The position numbers and the translations under genes are program-made. This document shows, piece by piece, positions 25,457 to 36,121 of a stretch of 64,000 nt of DNA. The notes under the pieces are model-generated. The model was not told where the DNA came from and did no database searches. It saw only the letters and a list, made by a program, of their open reading frames with translations. Position 1 is the first letter of the stretch. Each line of letters starts with the position of its first letter. Where the stretch lies: positions 1,290 through 65,289 of the forward strand of contig JACPOS010000023.1 of NCBI GenBank assembly GCA_016191395.1. The letters run 5' to 3'. Origin of the DNA: Chloroflexota bacterium (GTDB lineage Bacteria; Chloroflexota; Limnocylindria; Limnocylindrales; CSP1-4).

Positions 25457-27360
25457 GCGACTACCTCGACGGTCGGCCGATCCCGGCCCCATCGCGCCTG
25501 CGGTTCCTGGTCTTTGGCCTCGCCGTCGTCCTCGGGGCGGGCATGCTCTCGACACGGCTGTTCGCGATCCAGGTTGGCGGGACGACCCCGTACGCAGCCT
25601 TCGCGGCGACGACGCGGACCGTGCAGGAAGCGCTGCCGTCCACGCGCGGCCTCATCTACGACCGCACGGGCGAGCCGCTCGTGTCCAACATCGCGTCGTA
25701 CAGCGTCAAGATCCGCCCGTCGGATCTGCCCGAATCGAAGCGCTCCGCGGTCGTGGAGACCCTCGCGTCGCTGATCGGCATGGATCCGGCCGACATCAAC
25801 GTCGCCATCGATTCGAACCCAGGTTCGCGATTCGACCTCGTTCGCGTGGCGCAGGACGTCCCGCGGGACGTCGCGGCGTTCCTCGCCGAGTCGTCGTCCG
25901 AGCTCCCGGGGGTCGAGGTCGTGGTCGAGACGCGCCGGAACTACGAGCTCGGCTCGCTCTTCGCGCAAGTGCTCGGGTACACGGGTCCGATCAGCGGCAG
26001 CGAGTTGCTCGACCTCAAGCAAGACGGGTACCTGCCGGACGACCTGCTCGGTCGCGCCGGGGTCGAGTCGACGTACGAGGCGATCCTTCGTGGGCAGTAC
26101 GGTCTGCAGACCGTCGAGCGTGATGCCGCGGGCCGCGAGATCCAGGTCGTCCGGACGGACCGGGCGCCGGTCGCCGGCAGCTCGATCCGACTGACGATCG
26201 ACGCCCGCGAGCAGGCGCTCGCGGAGGAAGCGCTGAGCTGGGGCATGAAGGCAGCAAGCCTGAAGCAAGGCGTGATCATCGTGATGAATCCGCAGAACGG
26301 GGAGATCCTGGCCATGGCCAGCCTCCCGACCTACGACGACAACGCCTTCAGTCAGGGCATCAGCAATGCCGACTTTCAGAAGCTCCTTGACGATACGAAC
26401 AAGCCGCTGGTCAATCGCGCGATCAGCGAGGTCTATCCGCCAGGCTCCACCTACAAGCTGATCGCCGGAACCGGGGTCCTCGCCGACGGGAAGATCACAC
26501 CATTGACCCAGCTCAGGACAGCCGGCTACCTCACCCTCGGTGGCATCAAGTTCCGCGACTGGAACGACCGTGGCTTCGGCATGTGCAACATCTACTGCGG
26601 GTTCGGGAATTCGAGCGATACGTTCTTCTATCAGGCTGCCGCGATGCTCGGCATCGACCGTCATGGATATTGGGGCAAGCAGTACGGATTCGGATCCCGC
26701 ACGGGCATCGACCTTCCCGCCGAGGCGAGCGGAACGGTCCCGACCAACCAGTGGAAGCTCGATACCCTGGGCCTGCCGATCTACCCGGGTGAGGTGTATC
26801 TGGCGGGCATCGGTCAGGGCTACGTGGCCGTGACCCCGATCCAGCTGCTCAATGCGTACAGCGCCCTGGCCAACGGCGGCACGCTTTACAGGCCCTATGT
26901 CGTCGGCGAGACGATCGGCGCGGACGGCGTTGTCACGAAGGTCCAGCCCGAGGTGCTTGGCAAGGTCAATGCCCCGCCGAGCGTGCTGCAGGTCATGCGG
27001 AAGGCGGCGCGGACGGTCGTGACGAACCGCATGACGTTCAACCTCGTGGACCTGCCCATCGTGGTCGCGGGCAAGACCGGCACTGCGCAGTTCTCCGGCA
27101 AGGCGAAGAACCTGCCGTTCCATCAATGGTTCGTCGCCTTCGTACCGAAGGATCCCTGGAAGACAGCCTCCGACCCGGGTGGCATGAAGGCCGTCGCGCG
27201 GACGGATTCGGAGCTGGCCATCGTGGCCCTGGCGTACAACTCGCGGGCGAAGGGCAACGCGGCGACGGAGATGGTCAAGTACTTCCTGCAGCTCCATTTC
27301 GGGATCACGAAGGACTACCGCAACTTCAACCTCATGGTGAGCCGAGACCGTCGGCGATGA
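25453..27360 (+). CDS. mrdA: penicillin-binding protein 2 (elongation transpeptidase)
   Basis: N-terminal TM and PBP dimerisation domain. Transpeptidase motifs are S-T-Y-K (PGSTYKL) and K-T-G-T (GKTGTAQ). Confidence 0.9.
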   Translation: MSDYLDGRPIPAPSRLRFLVFGLAVVLGAGMLSTRLFAIQVGGTTPYAAFAATTRTVQEALPSTRGLIYDRTGEPLVSNIASYSVKIRPSDLPESKRSAVVETLASLIGMDPADINVAIDSNPGSRFDLVRVAQDVPRDVAAFLAESSSELPGVEVVVETRRNYELGSLFAQVLGYTGPISGSELLDLKQDGYLPDDLLGRAGVESTYEAILRGQYGLQTVERDAAGREIQVVRTDRAPVAGSSIRLTIDAREQALAEEALSWGMKAASLKQGVIIVMNPQNGEILAMASLPTYDDNAFSQGISNADFQKLLDDTNKPLVNRAISEVYPPGSTYKLIAGTGVLADGKITPLTQLRTAGYLTLGGIKFRDWNDRGFGMCNIYCGFGNSSDTFFYQAAAMLGIDRHGYWGKQYGFGSRTGIDLPAEASGTVPTNQWKLDTLGLPIYPGEVYLAGIGQGYVAVTPIQLLNAYSALANGGTLYRPYVVGETIGADGVVTKVQPEVLGKVNAPPSVLQVMRKAARTVVTNRMTFNLVDLPIVVAGKTGTAQFSGKAKNLPFHQWFVAFVPKDPWKTASDPGGMKAVARTDSELAIVALAYNSRAKGNAATEMVKYFLQLHFGITKDYRNFNLMVSRDRRR

Positions 27361-27361
27361 G

Positions 27362-28522
27362 ATGAGCATCGTCAGCGCCCGCTCTTCGCGGCCCAACCGC
27401 TGGACGGCGGCGCGCGTCAGCGTCGTCTGGCGCAACTTCGACCTGCAGCTCACGACCTATGCCGCCCTCCTCCTGTCCTTCGGGCTGGCGATGGCGTACA
27501 GCAACACGGCGACGAGCGGTGCCGGGGTGTTCGAGGGTTCGTCCGTGTTCCTCCGCGCCCTTATGTGGACCGCGATCGCGGTGGCCGTCTTTCTGGTCGC
27601 AACGACCTTCGATTACCACTGGCTCAAGACGTTCGCTTGGCCGCTGTATCTGGTCCAGCTTGGCCTGCTGGCGGTGACGCTCGCGATCGGTGGCGGCGTC
27701 GGGGGTACCTCGCGCTGGGTGTCCGTCTTCGGGCTGCAGTTCCAGTTCAGCGAGCTGGCCAAGGTCCTCATGATCGTGGTGCTCGCCAACTACCTCGGCA
27801 GCCGGGTCGGTCGCCTGGGCTCGCTGTGGGCCCTGATCGGGGCGGGCATCCTCGCCGGCCCGCCGTTCGTGCTCGTCCTGCTCCAGCCGGACCTCGGGAC
27901 GGCACTCGTCTTCGGGGCGATCCTCGTCGCCACCCTGTTCATGTCCGGCGCCAGCCTCCGATGGCTCGGAATCCTCGCAGCGAGCGCGGTCGCGGCGTTC
28001 CCGTTCGTGTGGACGTACGTCCTTGCCGACTACCAGAAGGCCCGCCTCACGGCGTTCCTGAACCCGCTCGCGGACATCCAGGGAACCGGCTACCAGCTGT
28101 ACCAGGCGCAGATCGCGGTCGGCGCCGGCGGCTGGTTCGGCGTGGGGCTCACGAACGGCACGCAGAACGCTCTCGGTCTGCTGCCCGTCCAGGACACGGA
28201 CTTCGTGTTCGCGATCCTCGCCGAGGAGCTCGGGTTCATTGGAGCGGTCGTCGTCCTCGGGCTGTTCGTGGCGCTGCTATGGCGCGTGCTGGTGGCTGGC
28301 TGGCGGTCGAAGGACCCGTTCGGGACCGTGTTCGCCTGTGGCGTCGCGGCGATGCTGCTCTTCCAGCTGTTCGTCAACGTGGGCATGGTCATCGGGATCA
28401 TGCCGATCACGGGCATCCCGCTGCCGTTCATCAGCCACGGCGGCGCGTCGCTGATCAGCATCGCGCTCGCGCTCGGCATCCTGCAGAGCATCAACATCCG
28501 CCAGGGCCGGGCCGAGTGGTGA
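27362..28522 (+). CDS. rodA: SEDS family peptidoglycan polymerase RodA
   Basis: FtsW/RodA/SpoVE pattern: ..GTSRWVSVFGLQFQFSELAKV.., ..QPDLGTALV.., ..PVQDTDFVFAILAEELGF.., ..TGIPLPFISHGGAS.. Confidence 0.9.
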   Translation: MSIVSARSSRPNRWTAARVSVVWRNFDLQLTTYAALLLSFGLAMAYSNTATSGAGVFEGSSVFLRALMWTAIAVAVFLVATTFDYHWLKTFAWPLYLVQLGLLAVTLAIGGGVGGTSRWVSVFGLQFQFSELAKVLMIVVLANYLGSRVGRLGSLWALIGAGILAGPPFVLVLLQPDLGTALVFGAILVATLFMSGASLRWLGILAASAVAAFPFVWTYVLADYQKARLTAFLNPLADIQGTGYQLYQAQIAVGAGGWFGVGLTNGTQNALGLLPVQDTDFVFAILAEELGFIGAVVVLGLFVALLWRVLVAGWRSKDPFGTVFACGVAAMLLFQLFVNVGMVIGIMPITGIPLPFISHGGASLISIALALGILQSINIRQGRAEW

Positions 28523-28788
28523 GCCCGGATCCGGCACCCGCCGGCTCCGCGCAGGCGACCCTGCGGGCACCATCGACGCAGACCGCCGGCGGATCGCGCA
28601 CGGCGAGCGCCCTGCGTATCGCCTGCGGACCGCGGCATCGATCGACGGCGCTCGCCTGCTGATCGCCGAGACCCTTGATGTGGACCCGGACTCCTTCGAC
28701 GTCCGGAGCCAGGGCGCCTGATCGGTGAGCGAGGGGAGCTGGACGAGCCGGCACGCTCTCGGTGAGCTTCGACGGCGGGCTCCCGCGA

Positions 28789-28818
28789 TTGACGGTCCAA
28801 CGGGGTTCGCCGTACAAT
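28789..28818 (+). promoter_or_regulatory. putative promoter of the rplU-rpmA-rpmE operon
   Basis: TTGACG (28789..28794), an 18-nt spacer, then TACAAT (28813..28818), about 93 nt upstream of the rplU ATG. Confidence 0.45.
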
Positions 28819-28911
28819 CCCCGATCTTGCCCCGGCGTCTGGGGCGACCCTTTCTGATCAATCGGCTGCGGCTTGCCGCCGCGCGACCACCAATCACGCC
28901 TCAGGGGTTCC

Positions 28912-29520
28912 ATGTACGCAGTCATTGAGACCGGCGGAAAGCAATATCGCGTCGAAGTCGGCACGGAGCTCGAGATCGAGCTCCTCGACGAGGGCGCGGG
29001 CGAGACGGTTGCCTTCGAACGGATCCTGCTGGTCGCCGACGGTGAGGCCGCCTCGATCGGTCGACCGGTCGTCGAGAACGCCAGCGTCTCCGCCGAGGTG
29101 CTGCGACGCGATCGTGGCGAGAAGCTCATCAGCTTCAAGTACCGGCCCAAGGCGCGCCGGCGCGTGAAGAAGGGCCACCGCCAGGAGCTGACGGTCGTCC
29201 GGATCAGCGACATCGTGCTGGACGGCAAGAGCGCCGCGAGCGAGGTCGCCGAGGTCGAGGCAAAGCGCAAGACCGAGCGTGAGAAGCTCCAGGCGGCGGC
29301 ACGTCGCCAGGCCGAGCAGGATGCCGTGCTCGCGGCGAAGCTCGCCGCAGACGCCGCAGCCGCAGCGCCGGCCGCGAAGCCGGCGAAGGCCGAGAAGGCC
29401 GCCAAGCCTGCGAAGGCCGCAACGAAGACCTCGACGAAGGCCGCAAAGGCCGATATGACCGACGCGGGGGCCAAGAAGGCCGCCGCGAAGACCAAGACCA
29501 AGACCAAGAGCAAGGAATAG
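28912..29520 (+). CDS. rplU: 50S ribosomal protein L21 with Ala/Lys-rich C-terminal extension
   Basis: MYAVIETGGKQYRVEVG...KLISFKYRPKARRRVKKGHRQELTVVRI.. followed by about 100 aa of AKPAKA/KTKTK low complexity. ATG 28912 lies inside ORF 28873..29520. Confidence 0.9.
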   Translation: MYAVIETGGKQYRVEVGTELEIELLDEGAGETVAFERILLVADGEAASIGRPVVENASVSAEVLRRDRGEKLISFKYRPKARRRVKKGHRQELTVVRISDIVLDGKSAASEVAEVEAKRKTEREKLQAAARRQAEQDAVLAAKLAADAAAAAPAAKPAKAEKAAKPAKAATKTSTKAAKADMTDAGAKKAAAKTKTKTKSKE

Positions 29521-29523
29521 GCG

Positions 29524-29799
29524 ATGGCACACAAGAAGGCCGGCGGCTCCGTCAAGAACGGCCGCGACAGCGTTGGCCAGCGACTCGGGATCAAGGCCGG
29601 TGACGGCCAGTCCGTGTCGGCCGGCACGATCATCGTCCGCCAGCGCGGGATGACGTTCCTCGCCGGGCCGGGCACCGACCTTGGCGGCGATTACACGCTG
29701 TTCGCGACCACCGCCGGCAAGGTCAAGTTCGAACATGCCACCCAGGACAAGAAGCGCGTCCGGGTCATCCCGACCGAGGCCGCGGCGGAGCTCGCATGA
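29524..29799 (+). CDS. rpmA: 50S ribosomal protein L27
   Basis: [38 protein letters not shown].. Confidence 0.96.
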   Translation: MAHKKAGGSVKNGRDSVGQRLGIKAGDGQSVSAGTIIVRQRGMTFLAGPGTDLGGDYTLFATTAGKVKFEHATQDKKRVRVIPTEAAAELA

Positions 29800-30008
29800 A
29801 GCCGGACATCCATCCCAAGTACTTCGAGGCCAAGGTTCACTGCGGCTCCTGCGGGCGCGAGTGGACCGTCGGCTCGACGCGCTCCGAGCTGCGCGTCGAC
29901 GTCTGCGGCAACTGCCACCCGTTCTACACGGGCACGCAGAACATCATCGACACGGCCGGCCAGGTGGAGCGCTTCACGAAGCGCCTGGAGCGCCAGGTCC
30001 GCGCCTAG
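29796..30008 (+). CDS. rpmE: 50S ribosomal protein L31 (Zn-ribbon type A)
   Basis: MKPDIHPKY....CGSCG....[11 protein letters not shown]. The CxxC...CxxC motifs are retained. ATGA overlap with rpmA. Confidence 0.95.
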   Translation: MKPDIHPKYFEAKVHCGSCGREWTVGSTRSELRVDVCGNCHPFYTGTQNIIDTAGQVERFTKRLERQVRA

Positions 30009-30060
30009 GACCTGCGCCCCGGATCTCGCGCGCTACCCGCGCCGTTAGACTCACCGGGCA

Positions 30061-30999
30061 ATGCCACGCTTCAGCTACGGCGGACAGGCGCTCATCGAGG
30101 GCGTGCTCATGCGCGGCCGCGATGCGATCGCGGTGGCGTTCCGCCATCCCGACGGGCGCATCGTGTGGGCCTCCGAGTCCCTGCGGACGGGTCCGCACGC
30201 GTGGCGCCTCGCCCGAGCGCCGTTCGTCCGCGGCCTAATCGTCCTCTACGAGACGCTGGTCGTCGGGACGCGCTGGCTGATCAGGAGCGCGAACATCCAG
30301 GCGAGCTCCGAGGGGGTCGAGCTCGGCAAGGGCTCCATCGCGCTGATGCTGGGCCTCACGCTCGTCCTCGGCGTCGGCTTCTTCTTCCTCCTGCCCCTCT
30401 TCGTCGCCACCTTCACGACGGCGAACATCCAGCAGGACTGGGTGCAGCACGTCGTCGAGGGCCTGGTCCGCGTCGCGGTCTTCCTCGGCTATCTCGCGCT
30501 GATCGCGCGGATGCCGGACATCCGCCGGGTGTTCGAGTACCACGGCGCCGAGCACATGACGATCCACGCCCTCGAGGCCGGCGACCCGCTCACGACCGGC
30601 GCGGTGCGCAAGTACCCCACTGCGCACCCAAGGTGCGGCACGGAGTTCCTCGTGGTCGTGATCATCCTGTCGATCTTCGCGTTCAGCCTCGTCGGCCGGC
30701 AGAGCATCGGGATCATGGTGGTGAGCCGCCTGCTGCTGATCCCGGTGATCGCGGGCATCGGCTACGAGATCCTCAAGTTCGGGGCGAAGCATCGCGCCAA
30801 CCCGATCGTCAAGGCGATCATGGCGCCGGGGATCCTCGTCCAGATGATCACCACCAAGCAGCCGACCGACGACCAGATCGAGGTCGCGATCGTGTCGATG
30901 GCGCAGGCGCTGGAGGCCGACGGCGAGCCCGTGCCGGCCGGCTCGGAGCTCCCGGAGCGCGAGCGCCTGGACCCGGGGCCAGCCGCCGCCGTCGCGTGA
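30061..30999 (+). CDS. DUF1385 (YqhQ-like) membrane protein
   Basis: ..[14 protein letters not shown].., ..[13 protein letters not shown].., with multiple TM helices. It sits in the conserved position between rpmE and prfA. Confidence 0.8.
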   Translation: MPRFSYGGQALIEGVLMRGRDAIAVAFRHPDGRIVWASESLRTGPHAWRLARAPFVRGLIVLYETLVVGTRWLIRSANIQASSEGVELGKGSIALMLGLTLVLGVGFFFLLPLFVATFTTANIQQDWVQHVVEGLVRVAVFLGYLALIARMPDIRRVFEYHGAEHMTIHALEAGDPLTTGAVRKYPTAHPRCGTEFLVVVIILSIFAFSLVGRQSIGIMVVSRLLLIPVIAGIGYEILKFGAKHRANPIVKAIMAPGILVQMITTKQPTDDQIEVAIVSMAQALEADGEPVPAGSELPERERLDPGPAAAVA

Positions 31000-31033
31000 G
31001 GCGGCCCTGCCCGGACGGGCACGCGGCGCGCCC

Positions 31034-32137
31034 ATGAGCACCCAGTCCATGCTCGACGACAAGCTCGACGAGGTCGCGCGCCAGTACGACGCGATCAACG
31101 AGGAGCTCTCGCTCCCGGAGACCTCCCGCGACCCCGACGCCCTCAAGCGCCTCGGGCGTGAGCGGGCGCGCCTGGAACCGGCCGTGGAGGCCTATCGACG
31201 GCTGCAGAGGACGCGGGCGGAGCTCGCAGGGGCCCACGAGATGCGCGACACCGAGTCGGACGATGACATGCGCCAGATGGCCCAGGCGGAGATCGAGCGG
31301 CTCGTCGCCGAGGAGGCGGGCCTGCTGGACGGGCTCAAGGTGCTCCTCCTGCCCCGTGATCCGGCCGACGACGGCAACGTGATCCTCGAGATCCGGGCAG
31401 GCGCCGGCGGCGAGGAGGCGGCGCTGTTCGCGGGGGAGCTCCTGCGGATGTACCTCGCGTACGCCGGGCGACACAAGTACAAGGCGGAGGTGATGAGCCT
31501 CCACGAGACCGGTATCGGCGGGGTGAAGGAAGCGATCGTCGAGATCGCCGGGGACGGCGCGTACTCCCGGCTGAAGTTCGAAAGTGGGACGCATCGCGTG
31601 CAGCGCGTGCCTGCCACCGAATCGTCCGGCCGGATCCACACCTCGACGGCAACCGTCGTGGTCATGCCGGAGGCCGAGGAGGCCGCCATCGAGATCGACG
31701 AGGTTCGCGACCTGCGGATCGACGTCAAGCGTGCGTCCGGCCCGGGCGGCCAGTCCGTGAACACGACCGACTCGGCGGTGCGCGTGACCCACCTCCCGAC
31801 GGGAACGGTGGTGGAGATCCAGGACGAGAAGAGCCAGCACAAGAACAAGGCGAAGGCGATCGCGGTGCTGCGGTCCCGGCTGCTGGAGGCGGAACGCCAG
31901 CGCCAGCGCGAGGCGGACTCGGTGACGAGGAAGTCGATGATCGGCGCGGGGGATCGGGCGGACAAGATCCGGACCTACAACTACCCACAGGACCGCGTGA
32001 CCGACCATCGGGTCAACGAGGACCTGTCCAACCTGCCGCGCGTGCTCGGGGGCGAGCTGGACAAGCTCATCGACACGCTGATCACCACGGACCAGGCGGA
32101 GCGCCTGTCCGCGCTGGTCGAGGCGGCGCCGGACTGA
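31034..32137 (+). CDS. prfA: peptide chain release factor 1
   Basis: PAT tripeptide ([17 protein letters not shown]) and GGQ ([12 protein letters not shown]). Confidence 0.96.
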   Translation: MSTQSMLDDKLDEVARQYDAINEELSLPETSRDPDALKRLGRERARLEPAVEAYRRLQRTRAELAGAHEMRDTESDDDMRQMAQAEIERLVAEEAGLLDGLKVLLLPRDPADDGNVILEIRAGAGGEEAALFAGELLRMYLAYAGRHKYKAEVMSLHETGIGGVKEAIVEIAGDGAYSRLKFESGTHRVQRVPATESSGRIHTSTATVVVMPEAEEAAIEIDEVRDLRIDVKRASGPGGQSVNTTDSAVRVTHLPTGTVVEIQDEKSQHKNKAKAIAVLRSRLLEAERQRQREADSVTRKSMIGAGDRADKIRTYNYPQDRVTDHRVNEDLSNLPRVLGGELDKLIDTLITTDQAERLSALVEAAPD

Positions 32138-32139
32138 CC

Positions 32140-33039
32140 ATGGCGACCGTGCGACAGCTCCTGGACGTGGGGGTCGTGCGGTTGCGCGAGTCTGGCTCGG
32201 AAAGCGCCCGGCTTGACGCGGAGCTGCTCCTCGCCCTCGCCCTCGACACGGATCGGACTGGCGTGATCGCGCACGCGGATGCGCCGGTCGGCGACGGCGC
32301 GGCGGCTCGCTTCGCGGCAGCCATGGACCGACGCGTCGCTGGCGAGCCGGTCGCCTACATCCGCGGGGTCAAGGAGTTCCATGGCCTCGCATTCGGCGTG
32401 GATCCGCGTGCGCTCATCCCGCGCCCGGAGACGGAGCTCCTGGTTGACCTGGCAGAGCTGGAGGTCATCCGCCGGCTCACCGGCGCGCCGCGACCCAAGG
32501 GGGCGCCTCCGCTCGCGGTGATCGACGTCGGGGTGGGCAGCGGTGCCGTGGCCGTGACGCTCGCCGTGCTGCTGCGCCGCCGCCGGATGCTCGACGAGGT
32601 CGCGCTCACGGCCACGGACACGTCGGAGGATGCCCTCCAGCTCGCCCGCGAGAACGCGGTGGCGCACGCCGTCGGCGACCGGATCGAGTTCCAGAACGCC
32701 GACCTGCTGCCCGGCGAGGCCGTCAGGACCTGGGACCTGGTCCTCGCGAACCTGCCATACGTGCGGAGCGACGCGGTGCCGACACTCCCGATCGCCGTGT
32801 CGTTCGAGCCGGCACTCGCGCTGGATGGAGGGCCGGACGGCCTCCGCGTCATCGATCGCCTGCTCGGACTTCTCCCGGGCGCACTGGCACACGCCGGCGT
32901 CGCGATGCTGGAGATCGGCGGCGACCAGGCGGTGGAGATGCGAGCGCTGGTGGCGGAACGGCTGCCGGGCTGGTCGTGCGAGATCGAGCTGGACCTTGGG
33001 CGGCTGCCCCGGGTCGCGATCCTCCGCCGCGACGCCTGA
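32140..33039 (+). CDS. prmC: release factor glutamine N5-methyltransferase PrmC/HemK
   Basis: SAM-binding motif ..VIDVGVGSGAVAV.. and catalytic ..LVLANLPYV.. (an NPPY variant). It follows prfA. Confidence 0.85.
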   Translation: MATVRQLLDVGVVRLRESGSESARLDAELLLALALDTDRTGVIAHADAPVGDGAAARFAAAMDRRVAGEPVAYIRGVKEFHGLAFGVDPRALIPRPETELLVDLAELEVIRRLTGAPRPKGAPPLAVIDVGVGSGAVAVTLAVLLRRRRMLDEVALTATDTSEDALQLARENAVAHAVGDRIEFQNADLLPGEAVRTWDLVLANLPYVRSDAVPTLPIAVSFEPALALDGGPDGLRVIDRLLGLLPGALAHAGVAMLEIGGDQAVEMRALVAERLPGWSCEIELDLGRLPRVAILRRDA

Positions 33040-33048
33040 GGCGGGTTC

Positions 33049-33711
33049 GTGGCACGACGGATCGACGACGGCCCCGATGGGCGGGCGGAAGCAGCCCGTC
33101 TGCTCGCCGGCGGTGCGATCGTCGCGATCCCCACGGACACGGTGTACGGCATCGCCGTCGGGCTCGACACGCCGGGCGGGATCGAGCGCCTGTTCGCGGC
33201 GAAGTCACGGCCGCCTGACAAGGCGATCGCACTGCTGCTCGCGGACGTCGCCCAGGCGGCCGAGATCGGGGAGATGACCGCGGTGGCAACCGCGCTCGCG
33301 ACGGCCTTCTGGCCCGGTGGGCTGACGCTGGTGGTCCCGCGACGTACGGACCGAGCGTTGCCCGCAGCGCTCACCGGCGGTGACCTCGCTCCCGGTGCCA
33401 TCCCGACGGTCGGCCTCCGGGTTCCCGACCATGACGCCCCGAGGGCGCTGGCACGAGCACTCGGGCCGCTGCCGACGACCTCCGCGAACCGATCCGGCGA
33501 GCCCGAGGCGCGGGACGCCGCGGAGATCGAGGCGCTGCTCGGGCATGCAGTGGACCTGATCCTCGATGGTGGGCCGTCGCGCGGCGGGCCAGCGTCGACC
33601 GTTGTGGATTGCACGGGTCCGGAGCCGGTGATGCGGCGAGCCGGTGCGATCGCCGTCGACGAGATCGCGCGCTGCCTGGAGTCGGCGGGGCTGCCCGCCG
33701 TGGGAAGATAG
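33049..33711 (+). CDS. tsaC: L-threonylcarbamoyladenylate synthase (YrdC/Sua5 domain)
   Basis: ..[17 protein letters not shown]...[15 protein letters not shown].., ..LRVPDH.., ..[13 protein letters not shown].. Confidence 0.85.
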   Translation: MARRIDDGPDGRAEAARLLAGGAIVAIPTDTVYGIAVGLDTPGGIERLFAAKSRPPDKAIALLLADVAQAAEIGEMTAVATALATAFWPGGLTLVVPRRTDRALPAALTGGDLAPGAIPTVGLRVPDHDAPRALARALGPLPTTSANRSGEPEARDAAEIEALLGHAVDLILDGGPSRGGPASTVVDCTGPEPVMRRAGAIAVDEIARCLESAGLPAVGR

Positions 33712-33716
33712 CGGGA

Positions 33717-35048
33717 ATGGCACCGGCACCCGGGCTCGGCTGGGCCCGCCTCGCAGACGTGGACCCCGAGCTGTGGCACGCGATGCTGCAGGAGCGCGAC
33801 CGGCAGCGGGACAAGATCGAGCTGATCGCGAGCGAGAACTACACCTTCGCCGCGGTCATGGAAGCCCAGGGGTCATGGCTCACGAACAAGTACGCCGAGG
33901 GCCTGCCCGGCAAGCGCTACTACGGCGGCTGCGAGTACGTGGACATCGCGGAGACGCTCGCGCAGCAGCGGGCGCTGGCCCTCTTCCCCGGTGCCGAGCA
34001 CGTGAACGTCCAGCCGCACTCCGGCGCGCAGGCGAACATGGCCGCGTATTTCAGCGTGCTCCAGCCGGGCGACCGCATCCTGGGCATGAACCTCGCCCAC
34101 GGCGGCCACCTCACCCACGGCTCGCCGGTCAACTTCTCCGGCCGGCTGTACGAGGTCCACGCGTACGGCGTTGATCGCGAGACCGAGCGCATCGACTACG
34201 ACGCCCTCGAGGCGACCGCCCGCGAGGTGCGGCCGAAGATGGTGGTCGCCGGCGCCTCCGCGTACCCGCGCATCCTGGACTTCCCGCGGATGGCCGCGAT
34301 CGCCCACGGCGTCGGGGCGCTGCTGTTCGTCGACATGGCGCACATCGCCGGCCTCGTGGCCGCGGGCGCCCACCCGAGCCCGTTCCCGCACGCGGACATC
34401 GTGACCACCACCACGCACAAGACGCTGCGCGGCGGACGGGGCGGCCTGATCTTCAGTCGGGAGGAACTGCCGCCCGAGGTGGACCGTACCAACTTCCCGA
34501 GCGTGAAGACGACGCTGGGCGCCCAGATCGACAAGTCCGTCTTCCCCGGCGTGCAGGGCGGGCCGCTGATGCACGTCGTAGCCGGCAAGGCCGTCGCGCT
34601 GAAGCTCGCGGCGGGCGAGCCGTTCCGCCGGGATCAGCGGAGGACCATGGAGAACGCGGCCGCGCTCGCGGAGGCCCTCGCCGGGCGCGGGGCGCGGATC
34701 GTCTCCGGCGGCACGGACAACCACCTGATGCTCGTCGATGTCACGCCGCTCGGCGTGACCGGCAAGGAGGCGGAGGCGCTCCTCGACGAGGTCGGAATCA
34801 CGGTGAACAAGAACGCGATCCCGTTCGACCCGCTTCCGCCGAACACCGCCTCGGGCATTCGGCTGGGGACACCCGCCACGACCACGCGAGGCTTCGGGCC
34901 CGACGAGATGCGCACGATCGCCCGGATCATCACTGACGCCATCGCGAAACGCGACGACCCGGCGGCGGGCACACGCCTGCGAGAAGAGGCCGGCGAGATC
35001 GCGGCAAGGTTCCCGGTACCCGGCCTGTTCGCCGAGAACGCCGGGTGA
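33717..35048 (+). CDS. glyA: serine hydroxymethyltransferase
   Basis: ..[38 protein letters not shown].., with the PLP lysine region ..[15 protein letters not shown].. ATG 33717 lies inside ORF 33609..35048. Confidence 0.96.
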   Translation: MAPAPGLGWARLADVDPELWHAMLQERDRQRDKIELIASENYTFAAVMEAQGSWLTNKYAEGLPGKRYYGGCEYVDIAETLAQQRALALFPGAEHVNVQPHSGAQANMAAYFSVLQPGDRILGMNLAHGGHLTHGSPVNFSGRLYEVHAYGVDRETERIDYDALEATAREVRPKMVVAGASAYPRILDFPRMAAIAHGVGALLFVDMAHIAGLVAAGAHPSPFPHADIVTTTTHKTLRGGRGGLIFSREELPPEVDRTNFPSVKTTLGAQIDKSVFPGVQGGPLMHVVAGKAVALKLAAGEPFRRDQRRTMENAAALAEALAGRGARIVSGGTDNHLMLVDVTPLGVTGKEAEALLDEVGITVNKNAIPFDPLPPNTASGIRLGTPATTTRGFGPDEMRTIARIITDAIAKRDDPAAGTRLREEAGEIAARFPVPGLFAENAG

Positions 35049-36121
35049 GCTTCGTCGTCGAACTGGGCCCGGCCCTGCCCATCATCGTCGGAGCGTTCGT
35101 CGTGGCAGCGCTGATCTCGCTGCTCGCCACGCCGGTCATCCGTCGCGTCGTGGACCGGCTCTCGATCATCGATCATCCGGACGAGCGCCGGACGCACGCC
35201 TCGCCACTCCCGCGCGGCGGAGGCGTCGCGGTGGCTGTCGCGTTCCTGGTCGTGGGCGGCGGCCTCGTCCTCGTCGGCGGCAGCCTGCCGGGCATGCCCG
35301 GGCGCGGATCCGTGTCCGACGTGAACCTGCTCGGGCTGTTCGGTGGCGGGATCCTCGCCACGGTCATCGGCGCGCTCGATGACCGATTCGACCTTCGAGC
35401 GCGTTGGCAGTTCCTGGGACAGCTCGTGCTCGCTGTGGTCGCCGTCGTGACCGGAATCACCGTCGGCTTCATCGGCGACCCGTTCGGGTCCGGGATCATC
35501 CGCTTCGCGGCGCCGATCGGCATCGCGTTCACGGTGGTGTGGATCGTGGGGATGATCAACAGCCTCAACTTCATCGACGGCCTCGACGGGCTGTCGACCG
35601 GCATCGCGCTCATCGCCGCCGTGACGCTCGGGCTGCTCAGCCTGACCCAGCTGGTCAACGAGCCGCTCGTCGCCATCCTGTGCTTCGTGCTCGCGGGCGG
35701 GCTGCTCGGCTTCCTGCGCTGGAACTTCCACCCGGCCGTGATCTTCCAGGGCTCGGCCGGCGTGATGTTCATGGGCTACGTGCTTGCCGTGCTCGCGATC
35801 CTGGGGTCCGCCAAGGTCCTGGTCGCGCTGCTCGTGCTGGCGGTCCCGATCATCGACACGTTCTGGGTCATCGTGCGCCGGGTATCATCCGGCCGGTCCC
35901 CGTTCAGCCCCGATCGTGGGCACATCCACCATCGGCTGCTGGACCTCGGACTTTCGCACCGATCGACCGTCTTGCTCATCTACCTCGTCTGCGCAACCCT
36001 AGGACTGATGTCGCTGCTCGTGTCGTCCGCAACCGGCGTGCTCGCGTTCCTCGTGGCCCTCGTGGGCTTCGGGGTGGTCGCGTTCGTCCTGCGCCGTGAC
36101 CCAGCCGAAGCCGCCTCGTGA
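35045..36121 (+). CDS. wecA: polyprenyl-phosphate GlcNAc-1-P transferase (WecA/TagO-like, GT4 MraY family)
   Basis: ..[18 protein letters not shown].., ..GALDDRFDL.., ..[12 protein letters not shown].., about 10 TM helices. GTGA overlap with glyA. Confidence 0.82.
   Translation: MSFVVELGPALPIIVGAFVVAALISLLATPVIRRVVDRLSIIDHPDERRTHASPLPRGGGVAVAVAFLVVGGGLVLVGGSLPGMPGRGSVSDVNLLGLFGGGILATVIGALDDRFDLRARWQFLGQLVLAVVAVVTGITVGFIGDPFGSGIIRFAAPIGIAFTVVWIVGMINSLNFIDGLDGLSTGIALIAAVTLGLLSLTQLVNEPLVAILCFVLAGGLLGFLRWNFHPAVIFQGSAGVMFMGYVLAVLAILGSAKVLVALLVLAVPIIDTFWVIVRRVSSGRSPFSPDRGHIHHRLLDLGLSHRSTVLLIYLVCATLGLMSLLVSSATGVLAFLVALVGFGVVAFVLRRDPAEAAS

Noticed and set aside
28523-28788. The 266-nt rodA-rplU spacer contains a protein-like frame (..RRRIAHGERPAYRLRTAASIDGARLLIAETLDVDPDSFDVRSQGA-stop).
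   Set aside because: That frame has no ATG/GTG/TTG start upstream of the last few codons, and no SD. It is treated as non-coding leader or promoter region for the ribosomal protein operon.
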